Below, piece by piece: positions 25,300 to 38,703 of a stretch of 64,000 nucleotides of DNA. Position numbers and translations under genes: made by a program. Source of the stretch: Catajapyx aquilonaris (taxonomy: Eukaryota); assembly GCA_000934665.2 (NCBI GenBank), contig KZ537979.1, forward strand, positions 62,001 to 126,000, in the 5' to 3' direction. Within the stretch, counting starts at the first letter, position 1, and every line of letters begins with the position of its first letter. The notes below the pieces were generated by a model. The model had not been told where the DNA came from. It searched no databases and saw only the letters and a program-made list of their open reading frames with translations.

Positions 25300-25680
25300 T
25301 ATCCCACGTGGCACGTTTCCACTGTCACCTAAATAGTGTGGGAAAGGGAGGAAGCAGAGGAGGAGAGAAATGGGAAGCTGCTCCGGCGGTGTCAAGTGGG
25401 AAAATAAGATCACGTTCGCGGCCTTTGCACGTCATGTCGAAGAACATCCTGTAATTTCCGCCACCGCAGCTTTATCCTCCTGTCCACCGAGTGTACCGTC
25501 TCAGCTAGAAACAGCTAGGCTTGCAAGACTGCCCCCATTATGCTTGCAATAATACCTTCTTGCTGATTATGTACAGGCAGCGGAAATAGGACTGCAATGT
25601 GTGCTGGATTCATCCGAGCGACTTGCGGTTGGGATTAGCCAATCAGAAGGAGGAGGAGCCCGCTTCCACCAATCAGATCT
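25300..25680 (+). promoter_or_regulatory. Candidate Pol II regulatory cluster: G-box/ABRE plus two CCAAT boxes 30 bp apart
   Basis: CCACGTGGC at 25304-25312; AGCCAATCAG (CCAAT 25639-25643) and ACCAATCAG (CCAAT 25669-25673). No linked gene identified. Confidence 0.3.
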
Positions 25681-27089
25681 GACTGCTCCCTTCTGTTCAC
25701 GACCGATCGTAACCTTTGGTACGTCCTTTGACCTCTCACCTGTCGCTGCTTAGGTATGCACGTACTGTAGCAGCTGGTCTTCTGGCCGGTAGCGCTTTCA
25801 TTGGAAGCCGATGAAGATAATGGTCTGCACTATTAGGTACACAGAGCCGTAGCTAGTAGGGAAAGTATTTCCTTCAGTTTGAGCGAAACACCTGTTGGAA
25901 GGCGATTGTCGGTGTACAGTGCAGTAGGTAGGAAATTGTCCCCGGCTAATCTGCCGGGTTATTACTTCTCTAATGACGACGAGTCGGCGCCCGCGCCGCG
26001 CAGTAATGGCTTTGGAAACATTTGGAGGCCAAATCTATTTTCTCGTTGGGAGAGAAATTCTGGCAACGACGAAATTTATCAAGCACATGTAGGAAATGTA
26101 GTATTCGGGAATGCGTGAATGTGTTCAATTAACGTTGATTCGGGCTTCAGTACGTGAGGCGACTGCCGTTCCAATACTGCAATTTATATCTTGCGCGCGG
26201 AATTAGATTTACCCCCGGTGATGATGGCGCTTGCCGATCTGCACCATTGCGTGGCCCGTTTTTGGGTCGAAAGGTGACGAACCAGGGAAATAAAGGAGGA
26301 GGAAGAAGGGGGTGGAAAGAAAGAGAGAGAAAAAAGGGAGACTTTGGAAACTTGTGTCTGAAGAGCACATAGGTGCACTAGGACCTATCGATGATGGGAT
26401 TCTCTCGCAACTCATCAACCTGATACCGAAAACTTTGGCAATTTCATCAAGGTGACTTGGAGGGGTTAGATTGAAAGCCCGCATAAAAAGAAGTTGGCGC
26501 AAGGGGGTGGAAGGGGGAAGGGAGGGGGGTCTGGAAAAGTCAAAAAGCGCAATTGGCCCTCTTCTGGTCGGTGGCGCAGAGCCAAGGCAGCAGCTCCCCA
26601 AAATGCTCTATCTCCACCTCCAACCCTTTCGGCGGATTTCATAGGATAGACACCGCCTTCATCCCGACCGGATTCTCCACTGCACCTCAATTTATTGCAC
26701 GTGGTCTCCGCGCTTCCATCACACGTATCATCCCCGCCTCACCACTCTATTCAATATATAGCCCGATTCTAGGATTTCCTACATTCCTGGCTACATAACA
26801 GGACGATGTGTGGGAGTGTAATTACGTACTTTTCCCTCTTCTGACTTTTTTTCCAGGGATCTTTCTCTTCTGAAATCAATATCAGTGGTAAACACTCCTA
26901 GTACCCGCCCCTCCCGCCCTCGCTTCTTCTGCAGGGGGTACCCATAGTACTCGAAAGTAACTTCGATCTCAGAGGGATGAAAGTGGTTCCAAGTACGATG
27001 CACGAGGGCTACAGACAAAGCGACGGTAATCAAGAGCTGAAAGTTTCAGGAGCGGCCTCCGACGTTGAGATTTGGACTGGAATGAAACA

Positions 27090-28800
27090 TTTAAGTGCAA
27101 GACGGTTTCCCAGATGGACGAGGCGTGCACCCACGGCCTCCATTTGGAGATGGGATCTGGCCACTATCGCAGGAGAAGCAGCTAGAAAAGAAAAGGAAAA
27201 AAAAGCAGCCTCCACATCTCGCGCAGTGTCCGATAGGAACCAAGAATAATTTTCCAGTCCAAAATGTATTTCGAGTCAAGTTGGTGGCGGTTCTACAGGA
27301 ACAAAGATTTTACTTTCGATTGCACATGCTTGGAAGGTAGTGTGGGGGCTGTTCGAACGCTTTCGTACCGTGAGTGGGCCAAACGTTGACCATTGACTGA
27401 AACTACTGTTGTCTCGGGCATATAGGCAAAGAACTATGTCGCATGGGGAGAATGAAGGTCAATTATTTCCGTACCCAACAAAACAGACTGTACCATTTGG
27501 GTTGTGCAGGTTTGCATGATCGTTATTGATCTGGCTCAAATTTCCATTAAAAGCAACACCAGCACCGGACAGGTTGGGTGAAAAACCGCGAAAAAATTCC
27601 TGGCCAAGTAATAGCGCGAATAGTTTGGGGGCGTTCACAGCGACGTATTTACGAGCCTCCGAGGTGCCTGTATTAAAATCAGTAGGCGACGAGACAATTA
27701 CCTCTGGGCTGAACATTTATGATAGAAAATCTTGGCGAGCAGTTGATCGGCTCTCACGAGATGGTCCCGCAGAAAGGAGGAACATGGGAACACCAGCCGA
27801 TTCCGCTGGTAATAGAACTGTCATGCCTATAGTATAGTCTATAAAAACACAAGTATTTATAACCCCATGTGCCTACACATAGCTCAAAGCAGCTAGAGCC
27901 CCACGGAGAATAGAAGGATAGATAAATTGCCAGCCTGAATGCGAGGCGTTTATTTGCACGCTGCAATTTCAATGCTGCTCCACGGGAAATCGAGGTGAAT
28001 TGGAGGCAAACCCTTTGCGATAAGAGTTCGCACTTCAAAGCCGGAAAGATTTGATAACGCTAATCACAGTGCTGTCAGAGTAGTTTTTCCACTATGAAAA
28101 CTAGCATCTGGTGACGCCAACCCTCTGCCAGTTTCCAAGGAGCGGCAGAAGCAAGCCCTGTGTGCTGGCGATTTTGCTCAAGCGAGATTTCGTTATGTCG
28201 AGCAAACAGAGCAGCCCTGAGAAATTAATGTCCCGCTGTGCGGAAAAGCCAGTGCACCATTCAATCCGAATGGGCAGGACTGGGGAGGGATATACATTTC
28301 TGGCAAAAAGTGCCGAGGGGTGGGAGCCTTTCATTCAGCAGATTTGAATTGGAACTTCAAAGAAGCCCCCTGCAAACAAATTCCCACTCCCAGCCTAGCC
28401 TGGCACAGCCTACTGCATCTTGTGTTAGTAGGCCTGCTGTTGGATGAAGCGGCGCCCTCTTCAACAGCGTCCGTTGGACAGCACAACTAGGCCTACCCGT
28501 CCTGATCGACTAGGCCTAGCTATGTCTCATCCACACCGCAGCTATCCACAAAAACGACCAATTAATAGCGAGAGAATATTTTAGTGGTCATGGCTGCCAT
28601 CGTGCTGGAGTGTCCTCTCAGTATGCCGGGGTGCCGGGACTGTAGGCAGGCCTGGGGATGGTCTGCACTGGGGCCTGAATTGCAAATCCTCCTCCAGATG
28701 CAGTGAAGCGGCCTTGCTTTTAGCCACCTCAGCCAGAGCAGTCATCTCTTGGGCCCTTCTCCGTCCAGTCTTGCGCGCTTTACGCAAATTGACGCCCGAG
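27090..28800 (-). mobile_element. Longest collinear L1 ORF2 relic: linker, RT, post-RT
   Basis: In order: KTGRRRAQE..LEEDLQFRP (linker), KAPTPRHFLPEMY (KAPGPDG...EFY), LLGNWQRV (NWRPI), SGWQFIY (V.W.FL), ITSGIGWCSHVPPF (RG+RQGCPL+P.LF), KLFALLLG (F..ASG), PNGTVCFVGY (G...RYLG), SFSQWSTFGPL (KL..W), LENYSW (RN++W). Confidence 0.65.
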
Positions 28801-29129
28801 AGTCACATGGATTCACTTATTCATGCTATCCAAACGCCAGGGAGTGAGCGAGCGAGCGAGCGAGTGAATGCTGCTGAGCTTGCAAGTGGAATTTGCTTCC
28901 AACTACTGGACTAGATGGATGTGGACTTTCGACTGTGCCTTCATCCTGCCATCAGACGGATCTGTCCACGTACCCTCGACTGGGAACGGCATTTGCGACT
29001 CTAAACATTTAAATACCTACAAATAAGGCACTCACCTACCTCAAAGTCGCATCAAGAGTGCCGGTAATTAGGAACGTTTCTCTGGTGTCTCTCCTGAACA
29101 TAGACACATTAATTCGTCTCTGCCTCAAA

Positions 29130-29800
29130 GATGGTCCCCATGTGACGCAGCCACCGCAAGACAATGTCGAGTTAGGAGACACCTCAGCAATTCATTTCGA
29201 ACAAATGTTCCCATAAGGTAATAAATAGGAGGAACCATAACTTTCTTTATCCACTTTTGACGGTATCCGAGCTCTAGGTCGGTAGGTTCAGTGATAATTC
29301 CCCGACTTCCCAACCCGATGACCCCACTTGGATTCTCAGAACTGTCTTGTTTTCCAGATCAGCCATGATATCAGGTCCTTCGTCGCCAGAAGGTGGGAAA
29401 AGACTGATTTTATTACTCCACATCTATAACCATTATTCCTATCGGGTCATCGCATCCTAAAACTTGTTACCCGTGATTTACCAGAAGAGTCGGAAAATCA
29501 GAGGTGTAACCTTGCATTGGAGTGGTCCGCATACGGAGGTCGAAGGTAAGGAAATAGCCTTCAGCAGACTGTAGCCAGGCAAGGGCTGGTTGAGGTGGTG
29601 GATGAGCCAAAGGCAATGAATGCAGCAGCGGTCTCCGCTACCAGTCCATATGAAATGCTCACAAAGAGCAGGCCGTCATAAAGAAGGCATTGAAAAAGGC
29701 ATCCGAGTCCTTCTGGATGGATGTCGGGGCTCTCCCATTGGCTGCCGGAAATAAAGATGGCCGTATTTAGTATTCTGGTCCCCCCGCCAAGATCGGACCC
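29130..29800 (-). mobile_element. L1 reverse-transcriptase relic
   Basis: WESPDIHPEGL (KSPG.DGL), *RLFP..SNARL (LIPK..NWRP), VIDVE* (++D.EQ), GHRV (YDRV), ELGYRQKWIKKV (+GF..KWI). Confidence 0.55.
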
Positions 29801-30059
29801 GAGTCTCGTAACGTCTGCCGTTTTCAATAAGGCTTATCAAAGGCCGTTCCTTTCCCGATTAGGCTGGAGTAAGTCTTATATCCGGAAGATTACAAGGATG
29901 AGTGCGGCATTATAATGAAAGCGGAAGGGGAGGGAGGCAGGGATGGCCCCCCTCCCCTCTATACACACTACCGCATACACTACACGCGATACCCCACCAG
30001 CTGAATTTTGATCACATGTATACCTGCAAGTTAGGGACCACCAGTGCCGGCCACGTGAC

Positions 30060-30520
30060 CAGGAATAACGGGGTGCAAAACTGGGACTGAAGGAGCTAGC
30101 AGGGTGCCATTTCATTCTACACAACTACTTTAGCGAAGGCTTAGTGGTCGCCTTGACGGATCAATTCACTGGCTTAGCTCAGTTTCCATAAATGGAGTTC
30201 AAACGAGCTATAAAAGGGCCGTGGTGCCGTTCAGGTGAACGCTTCAGGACCCAACTTGTCCGTGGATGAAGGGACTATGCCGTACAAGAGCCCTACAGGA
30301 CATGTCCTCAAGCCCACAAATCCTGCGACAACTCGAAGAGGACTAACTTGTAGCATCCACAACCCCTGCCCGATCTGATTTAGGGCCTCAAGATATGCGG
30401 TCTCAATAATTAATTAATACTCGTACTGATGTGGCCGATAGGCTTACAGAAGCCGGGTAAGGGCTGCCGACGCCTAGCCTTATCGCCTAAGTACTGTGTA
30501 ATTACGTGGGCCTGCTGTAT
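30060..30520 (+). mobile_element. Probable L1 ORF1 relic
   Basis: GAKLGLKELAGCHFIL, TLQDPTCPWMKGL, IHNPCPI*F and AADA*PY..LRGPA, in DUF4283-to-knuckle order. Confidence 0.4.
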
Positions 30521-31539
30521 CCCTCCCCCTTGATGCCCGTTGCTAAAATAAGGGACAATCAACACCAGGGCAGAGCGGTTCATTGGGCCATGCTTATCCA
30601 TACACCGTCACGTATACGCTTAGAAGGTAGGGCGTGCTCAAATCTGGTTAATCAGCTCATCGGGGGGGTTTTAATTTGATACAATATTCATGTACAGTAA
30701 TGCGCAGCAAATATACAGCAGATTTCATACTTTGAAATGCGGCGGCGGTTACATCAAGGTACGAAATGTTTGAAGATACCGAGTTTTGAATGGGAGGGAC
30801 CGACTGGGCGTTGCATATATCGTTGCTTGCACATTTGGTTTTCTTTTTCAACCAAGTTAGTGGTGAAAACGTACATATTGACACAGTATGACTGTAGCAG
30901 ATGGGTGATGTGACTGGAAAAAAATCCACCTGTACTGGTCGGATAGCAAAACTTTCGAATACTGCAGTGCGTCAACGACAGCTACAGTACGTGTATTTTC
31001 GCAATAAAAACAGCACACCTTGCATAAATTTAGTCCTGATATAGCGCTTCGTTTCGAGCACTGGAGGAAACTACAAAACTATTATTGCCTGACACATACT
31101 GAATGATGCTCCCTTACCACAATTTGAGGGTTAGCCCTACTACTTCATAAGTGAAGACACATGTGCAAACCCAGCACAAGTGTAATGCTTCATTTTTAAC
31201 CAAATCTGAGTAACTGTACAGTAACTCATAAATGGTTCATGTCGCCGGGTACAGTACGTATGAGGCATTCATACTGGTTAGTGTTAACTAGCAGCTCGTT
31301 AGTGCATGATTTATCATACACCGCGACAAATCAATGGCTTACGTTGTGCCTTGCCCGTATTGTATTCAGCGGACATTTAATCTGATCCTACAGTACAATT
31401 ACTGCATAACATCATATCCCCCTCAGAATCCGACTCAGAAAACAATTACCTTCCGGGTATGGCTCGAATCTGATCAAGTTCCCCAGAAAAATTCTAGGGA
31501 AGAAAAGCACAGAATAATGATAACGAATCGTGCTAGGGG

Positions 31540-31800
31540 GTCCGACTAACGGAGGGAGGTTAGGGGGAGGAAGGCAATTACCTTAGTACCATTGGTGCCA
31601 AAAGACTTGGAGGAGATGATCGTTGACCCAGCAAGTGTTTCCCTTTCTTCCTCCGGCTGCTCGTAAAATAGAGCCCTGGCACTCCGCCACTTGCCTGAAA
31701 AATCGGGCCCAGCACTTAGCCAGCCACTTTACCACCCAACCTCGTGGGATTCTAGACTTAATCATTTTCATTTACTCCAACCCCGTAAAAATTCACCCAC
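31540..31800 (+). mobile_element. Probable L1 AP-endonuclease relic
   Basis: HFT followed after a frameshift by DSRLNHFHL (SRLDRFY+). Confidence 0.4.
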
Positions 31801-32224
31801 TACTTGTGGCCCGAATGCATTTGTAAACAGACTCCTCTTTTCCTACTTTTTTTTTAGTGTGCCAGAGGGCCGGGTGAGGGCGCTGGATAAAAAATGGATG
31901 GAGGCAACTCTTGCCAAGACTCATCCTTTGCACTAGCACTACATCGAATAGCCATCAGAATTTTTTTTTGGGGGGGGGGGNGGGCCGGAATACTTATCCC
32001 TAGCGCATCGCTCACACGCTTGCATTTTTCTGCACTCTTCCCTGCCAGTGCTTTTATGCACGGATGCCTAACTAATGCATTTTTATAGCCTCCTGGGAAG
32101 CGGGATACAATCACGGTATGGACACTTCTCAATCGGCCCTGGGATGTTTAAGCCGCATTTATGATTATGGCCGGAGTCACTTTACTCTAAGAAGCTGCAC
32201 ATATTTCATGTGGAAACTTCCCAT

Positions 32225-32660
32225 TATGACAAGCAGCTTGGGAACGTCCTCGGTTGGAATATATTTATGAACAAAATAGTGCAGTGTCCACTATTAGCCT
32301 CGAAAATGGTGTCAAGATTTGGAAATAACGACAATAGGAACCATTTGCAGAAACTCCACCCTGGGAGAGAAAAGCCTTGGCATTATAAAGGATAAGTGTA
32401 ATTTCGGTAAGCAGTTCGGGAGACATCTTTTATGGCAGTTTTCTCCCAATCGAATTGATGTCGTTCTTACAAGGGAGACAGGAATTGCCACTTTTGTGCA
32501 GGTAGAGGGAGGCGAAACAGGGCTTTTATCCTCCAGTCGCACAACATATACATCATGGAAACTGAATGGCAACGGCCGGAACTAGAGAAAAGCTTGGGAA
32601 CCCCTCGAAAAAGGGGATGGATGGAAGAAGTAAGCTTTTGCTGCTCTAATTTCTTCTCAC
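32225..32660 (+). mobile_element. L1 ORF2 post-RT relic
   Basis: LGNVLGWNI..KMVSRFGNNDNR (YLG..+G....K+..R+..W.NR), FGRHLLWQ..GIATFVQVEGGETGLLS (CR.FLWG..IA..K.EGGLGL), TEW, GWMEEV. Confidence 0.6.
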
Positions 32661-33739
32661 TCGATTTATTTCCAAAACCCCCCCTTAGGACACGTTGGAC
32701 ATGATGCATTGCCCCTCGACAATATTTGAAGGCAGTCCTTGCCTCAAATGCGTGCAGCATTATTTATTTAGAGCCCACTTAGTTCCAATGAAGTGGCTCA
32801 GGAGTCCAGTTTCCGTGCCAAATACACAAGCGAATACCCAAGGTTTTGTTTAGCGAGTGGGTATAATGTAGGGTGAACCAACATTGATTACTTGATATCG
32901 ACTCATAAAATAGTGCAGTTTTGCTTCCTACGTGTAATTTGGGGTTTGACCGTATTGGAATAGCCAATAGTACATCAATATGATCGGGCACATTTTCCAC
33001 TTACTATAGAGACTCAGTGGTTATGTGCGTGAAGTTCTTTTAGCTACAATTGACGTGGTGGTTTCGCACATGCTAATGAAAATTTTAGTTACAAGAAGCA
33101 GACTGTTTTTTCCCATATTTTTCGCACTATTTACGTTGTGGATACCTTACTTGCAGAAATGTTCAGTGTAATGATCATGCGGATTTTGTGGGAGTATTAC
33201 TGGTTGATTCACTGCATATATGTGCATACGTTTGCAGAACACGGTCAGAGTCACAATTAGGACAAAATTGAGTTAAACATTGTGCTATGTAGCCCTAGAC
33301 AAGTGCGGTACTTTTTGATGGTCACGACAGCTATTTTTCTATTCTATCTATAGAGCAATTACATTTACGTAGGGGAAAATAAAGGTATAATCTTCAAACC
33401 CTCACATCTCAAAATCAACTTCATTGTAACTCTGATCGTTTTGCATTTCAGGTCTTTAAGGTCAGGTATTACTGCATTGCGAAAGTACAGTTTGACGTAA
33501 AATAATTTTCCACAAACTTCAACATAGCCACATGGTGTCACATTACTCCAGCTACCACAGCAAACTCCCCCCAAAAAAATTTGAATCATTTTTGAGTTAC
33601 ACAAACATTATAGCCGATTTGATGTCATTTCGTCTAGTTTTAATTTTTAATGAGCATTGTGTGCAGTTGGATGCGTTTAATGACGCCTCCCTGGCCAGTT
33701 CCAGTCAAAGTACGGTGCCATCATCACGTCCACCACCCG

Positions 33740-33850
33740 AACCTGTTGGCCTCCTCGCACATGAATTATTGTCAACATTCGAAAAGTGGAAAGCGGATGG
33801 GGGCGGATTAAGGCCTCGGCATGCATTTCACGCAGAAAATCGGTTTTCAA
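33740..33850 (+). mobile_element. Short L1 post-RT relic
   Basis: GLLAHELLSTFEKWKADGGGLR resembles PL+AW+.+...K.+GGLG. Confidence 0.35.
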
Positions 33851-35119
33851 ATATTCCACCAAATATTCACGGAAAGTATAACATGGAATAAATGCGATTA
33901 CTCTATTTTAACATGACGCATCCCCCGCTCCATGGAATAATGTCGAAACATGATTCGGGGATTGATGTTGGCTTACAGCACTAATCATATACACCGTCAC
34001 TGGATTTTGCTTATGTGCATTTCGAGTCCCTTGTTATCCTATAGAACGTCCGTAATGAGTTTAGTCGGGTTAGCTATCAGAAAGCTCATCGAGTTGAACA
34101 GGGTGGGGCTCAAAGGTTGGCAAAAAAGGCCTAAATATTCTTCCCCCGGCTGAACTTAACTACACCCCCTGTACATCACCCAAACTAAGTTGTACCTATA
34201 CCGGAGGCTACTTTTCTCACGCTGCTTCCACCAGGCTCCAGACATACCCCAGGCGCCTATACTTTGGCTGCACTTTCTGCTGCCTGTTCAAACAAAACCG
34301 ATGCAGCCTGCAGCGCATCATGACAATACAGCACACTGCATTATGCGACTGACTTGCCTGGCATTTCCTACCCAGCGTTCGGTGTCTCCTTTACCTTTGA
34401 GAATGTCAAGTTGCATTCTTTTCGTGCCATTGTAATTCCTCGTAGGACGGGAAAGGGTACGCATGTAAGCCAGCTAAAAGTCTCTCAGAGCTGCTTACTG
34501 AGTGGAGGAACAACTTAGTTTCGCCAAACTCTTGTCGGGGAAAAAATTAAAGACGGCTGAAACATCCCTGTCGCCAGTGGCTACTGTCGTAGGCTTAAGT
34601 GTAACATCATAACTAATATTCGCAAAATAAAGCTAGATGGAACAACACAGTAGGATGCAGTAATAAGGTCAAGGCTTTGAGTAGTCCCGAACTGCGTTGT
34701 ACCCAGAAGGCCAATGTACTCGTAAAAAGGATCTCCAGCCTTGTGGACTATACACATGAGTGCCTTCAGTACGTGCGGTGCGCCGTTTTACAAGGCATTG
34801 CAGGCGGACGCGGAATGCGATGCTGATGTAGCCTGTGGAGAAGCACGTACAATAGAAAAGAAACTAATGAAATTAACCTTAGTTACATGCACATCAGCGT
34901 TATATTCAGGCCATTAATTGCATTCAAAAAATGGGTAGTGACCGGATTGTTTCCACGAATCGTTATTTTGTAATATAAATGTGCATATGCAAAGCAGCAA
35001 AAACTGAGGCTTAAAAAAATTCCGGAATTTCATTGGCCGGTAACAGGTTTTTCAAGCCTGAGCATATAGTGACAAAGAACCCAGTTATCTAATAAATAGT
35101 AGCCCAAAAGGGCAGGATG

Positions 35120-35400
35120 TTGCTTGTCAACTCGGACGCTTCGGATTGATGCTAACTGCAGGCGGCGGATATCGGGATTTCCGTCCCAACTGGCCAGTGT
35201 ATACTAGTCCACAGGCCAGGGTGCGGAAATGTAATGATAGTAACATATTACATTCTCGCTGTTTTCGGTAGATGTCCCCTAGAGGATCAGGTCCAGCGCA
35301 GTATATACTCGAGAGGGTTCCGCTGGGTCGTGCTCCAACATGAAAGTTAAACAGCAACTGATAGCCAGTTACCCGGATTGACTTGACAGTAATCGCATCG
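35120..35400 (+). mobile_element. L1 reverse-transcriptase relic
   Basis: VYTSPQARVRKCN (LY..P.A.V.+NG) and PAQYILERVPL (P.L++L..EPL). Confidence 0.45.
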
Positions 35401-36129
35401 CCTTTCCCTTACTTAGCAGGTTTCTTTCTCTTCTCCTTCTCCTTTGCTTCATCACAGGGCTCAAGCAACCCGATTGAATTGTCTGGAGGGGGGGTTGATG
35501 GAGCGAAAATGCAGTTGCTCTGCGACCATTTCAAGTCGACCGGTGACGTGTAGTAAGCGATGTTTAAAGAGTTCAGTATTTTTTTGTGTTTGTTTGGAAG
35601 CGGGTACGATTTTTTGCGTGTGTCACCCTTGTGGTCGGCCGACGAGAGGATGTGACAACCGTACACCGAGGTCGTCAGCCTCGCTTGCCTACACTAGATG
35701 TTATCCCCCAACTACTCTGCTTACGTGAGTTGATTGGATGGGATTGGATTTCGATTATTCTGGCTCAATGAGGAGTAGCGGCTCATTGTAGCGGGTCGGA
35801 AGGACACTGCGATAAAATGGGAACGTGCGGCGCATTGAACGGCGGGATTGCCGAATTCAGCTTATGACAGGCGCCTGCACAATCCGCGCCTGGCTTTCTT
35901 CTCAACGTTTACTGGTGGCGACCATTCTTACGTGTCATATAATAATTTGGTCTGCTGTGGGTGTCCAGAGATGGTGCAGGACACCCACGTGGAGGGCGAC
36001 TCGATGCGGGAGGCAAGGTAAGCTTCTTCAGTATGGCACAGGCGGCCATCAATCCATCAGGAATCTGTTCGGCAGCAGGAGGGGAAAGGAGAGAAAGTGC
36101 ACCCATCCAAGGAACGTAGTACAAATCGA

Positions 36130-36700
36130 TGAGAGTGGTCTGTGGGGGCCTTGCCTTTCCCTTCCATACGTCTTATTTCCCACAAGTTTTTCTTCTTAGG
36201 CTTGCTATGCGTTGGCCTGCCTATCGATTGCACGCGGTTGAGGTGTCGGCCGCCTCTTCCTCCTCAAAGCTAGTTGAGGAGAAGGTTGGTGCCAGCAAGG
36301 GCCTGGAGGGTGTTGAAAGAATCAGATCAATATATCACACCTAATGGACTGATGTGCCCTCTCCAGAGAAAATGATTTTCTGCCGGTGTCCCTTGGCCGC
36401 CTCGGCTGCAACCCTCAGGAGGCCCACAGGTTTCATCCGGCCAGATCAAAAATCATTTGCGTATCACCTGATGGGGGCACGCCAGGTTGGGGAAAATCAA
36501 ATCAAGGCTGGACATGCCGCTCAAGAAAGGGGAAATGTTGGAGCTGCCTATCACGATTTTTCATCCGGCCCCCTTTTTACACCGTGGATTCAAAGGCGCA
36601 TAATATTGAAAAGATGCTTATCTACCGGGCTGTGGGTAAGCAGGGGGGTGAATGTAATGTGTGTGAAGCATGCAACTACGTGCCCAGAGAATTATCGGAA
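36130..36700 (-). mobile_element. Possible L1 ORF1 C-terminal relic
   Basis: HRQKIIFSG/EGHIS (Q.+.Y.G...GH+), SFNTLQAL (N.F..L), EGKGKAP; weak. Confidence 0.3.
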
Positions 36701-38494
36701 ACATGTCCTCCAGGGCTTTATGACTACTAATTATCTGTGAGGTGTCGGAAGAAGGCAACAGGGATTGTGAGGCACCGTCTCAACCGATTAAACCAACCAG
36801 CATTTCCCCCTATCCTATCAAGAACAGCAAGTAGTAGTATTTGACGCTGCTTTTCTGCGGTGCACAAAGCCCTCTGCCTTCTCACGTGTACGGAGTAACT
36901 GGAAAATCGATCGACTCTATATACCTGCTGTAGAATCTTTGGCTTAAAGGAATGAAAGCTTTTGCTCTCGTCGTTGGGGGTGACCCTCAGGATGGCGAGG
37001 ATGAAGTCAGAGAACTGCGGCTATTGACTCAGGTTTGAAGAGGATTTCGATTACTGGGATTACGGACGCTCCTTTTTTCACTGCCGGATGTCCGAAGCTG
37101 TCTTTTGGAGTACATCACAGATAAAGGATACCTACACAGCTCACTGCTCATGGAGAAAAGTGTTTGCTCAGGGGAAATCATTGTTCAAGAAGAAAAAGCC
37201 CTTGCACCACCGAAGAGATATGCCAACTGCCAAGGAAATGGCTGCGGTAGGCAGAGGAGCTGAAGCACTGCACTACACGGATTACTCCACACCTTTCTCT
37301 CTGAAAATCAGGACAGACAACTCTCATCTCACAAAGGTCTGATTGTTTTCCACATATTGAACCAAGACTAGAGGGGCCAGCAGCAGAAGAGGTTGATCAG
37401 GTGTGACGTGTGATTTATCGGCCAAGATTTAGTGCTGCCTGCTGCCGGCCACCAAGCATGATTATCAGCCCCTGCACTGTAGGCTCCTCTCGTGCCAATC
37501 TCCTCCAACAGCCGCTTCTGAAAGGCTCCCGTCGCCCACCGGGATTTCGCCAACTCGCAGCGGGACCTGTCTGCTGCTTTTATCGATATCAGCACTCACA
37601 ACACCTGCCTGCCTGCCTGCCCACTACCAGCTCTCAGCAGTCTGCTAACTTTCTACCTGCCCCTTTCGGCCAAACTGCTACGGCTTACATCACTTGTCTT
37701 TTGCACAATTTGGATGGATCAGTCCACCAACTTCCTACTTTCGCACCTGTCCACCATACGTCGGTATAAATCACTATAATTTGAGGAAATTATGACCTAC
37801 CTGCAAACTTTTCAATTTATTGCGTGTACGGTGTACTGTAATGGAACATTTTGGCTGGCTAACATTACTGTTGAAGAGGAGTGAGACAACCTGGGTCTCG
37901 GGTCGGTGGGAGATGTCTGTCGGAATCCCGGGACCTGCTGACACTGGACCGGAGACAGACAGAACCGCTCGACGGGTGTCGGAGGGAGGGGGCTTCCGGA
38001 TTACTTTCAAGTAGTCTACCAGCCAAGGCTGGCCAAATCCCCCAGCCACTCGTCTCATGACCCCAACTCCTATCCATTAGCATACAAGCCCCGTCTGCTG
38101 CAGCCTGAGCTCCAACACAATCATTGACAAGTTAAAGGGAGCTGCTGTGAAACCCTTGGCACGACCTGTTGCGGTACGGCTTCCAGAGTACTTGCGACCG
38201 ACTTCAATTATCTTCTACACCTGAGGCTGCCAAGTCATCCGATATTCTTCTGGCACACCTATTGCCCACTGGGACCTGCCTACCCGCAACACACCTTTGC
38301 AGCCTCACAGCTACATCCCATTTCCACTCTAATCGGGCCCAACTCAGCATGTACTTGACGTTGACACAACATCGTTATTACAGTGTAAGTGTGGCCTCAA
38401 GGTGCCAACAAACTCATTAGCATGCCCTATATGAAGTCATGTCAGCTGTAATTACGGGTAAATCAAGGCCAGGACATTTGCAGATTATAGTCGA

Positions 38495-38570
38495 GTCACT
38501 GGACTTGTTAAAGTTGGGGACTCTTGCGTGGCATTAGCCAAGTTCCGAGTTCGATTACCGGTGCTGGCTA
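38495..38570 (+). mobile_element. Degenerate tRNA-like head (possible SINE) before a microsatellite tail
   Basis: B-box/T-arm-like CCGAGTTCGATTACCGG (38545-38561); weak A-box-like TGTTAAAGTTGG (38506-38517); acceptor stem poor. Confidence 0.3.
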
Positions 38571-38580
38571 TCCGGACGAC

Positions 38581-38582
<2 letters not shown>

Positions 38583-38634
<52 letters not shown>

Positions 38635-38654
38635 CGTCGTCGTCGTCGTCGTCG

Positions 38655-38703
<49 letters not shown>

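Noticed and set aside
28111..28347. Plus-strand APE-like LAILLKRDF
   Set aside because: The minus strand gives stronger, collinear RT motifs (KAPTP..EMY, GNWQRV).
30082..30097. miR319-like sequence (also TTGGACTGAAGG at 51093-51104)
   Set aside because: Partial matches only, no complementary star arm seen, and both lie in ORF1-like relics.
35990..36080. Harbinger transposase-like motif PDGLMAACAILKKL on the minus strand
   Set aside because: Lacks the LHN residues and any upstream DDE motifs; neighbouring sequence fits an L1 ORF1 tail better.
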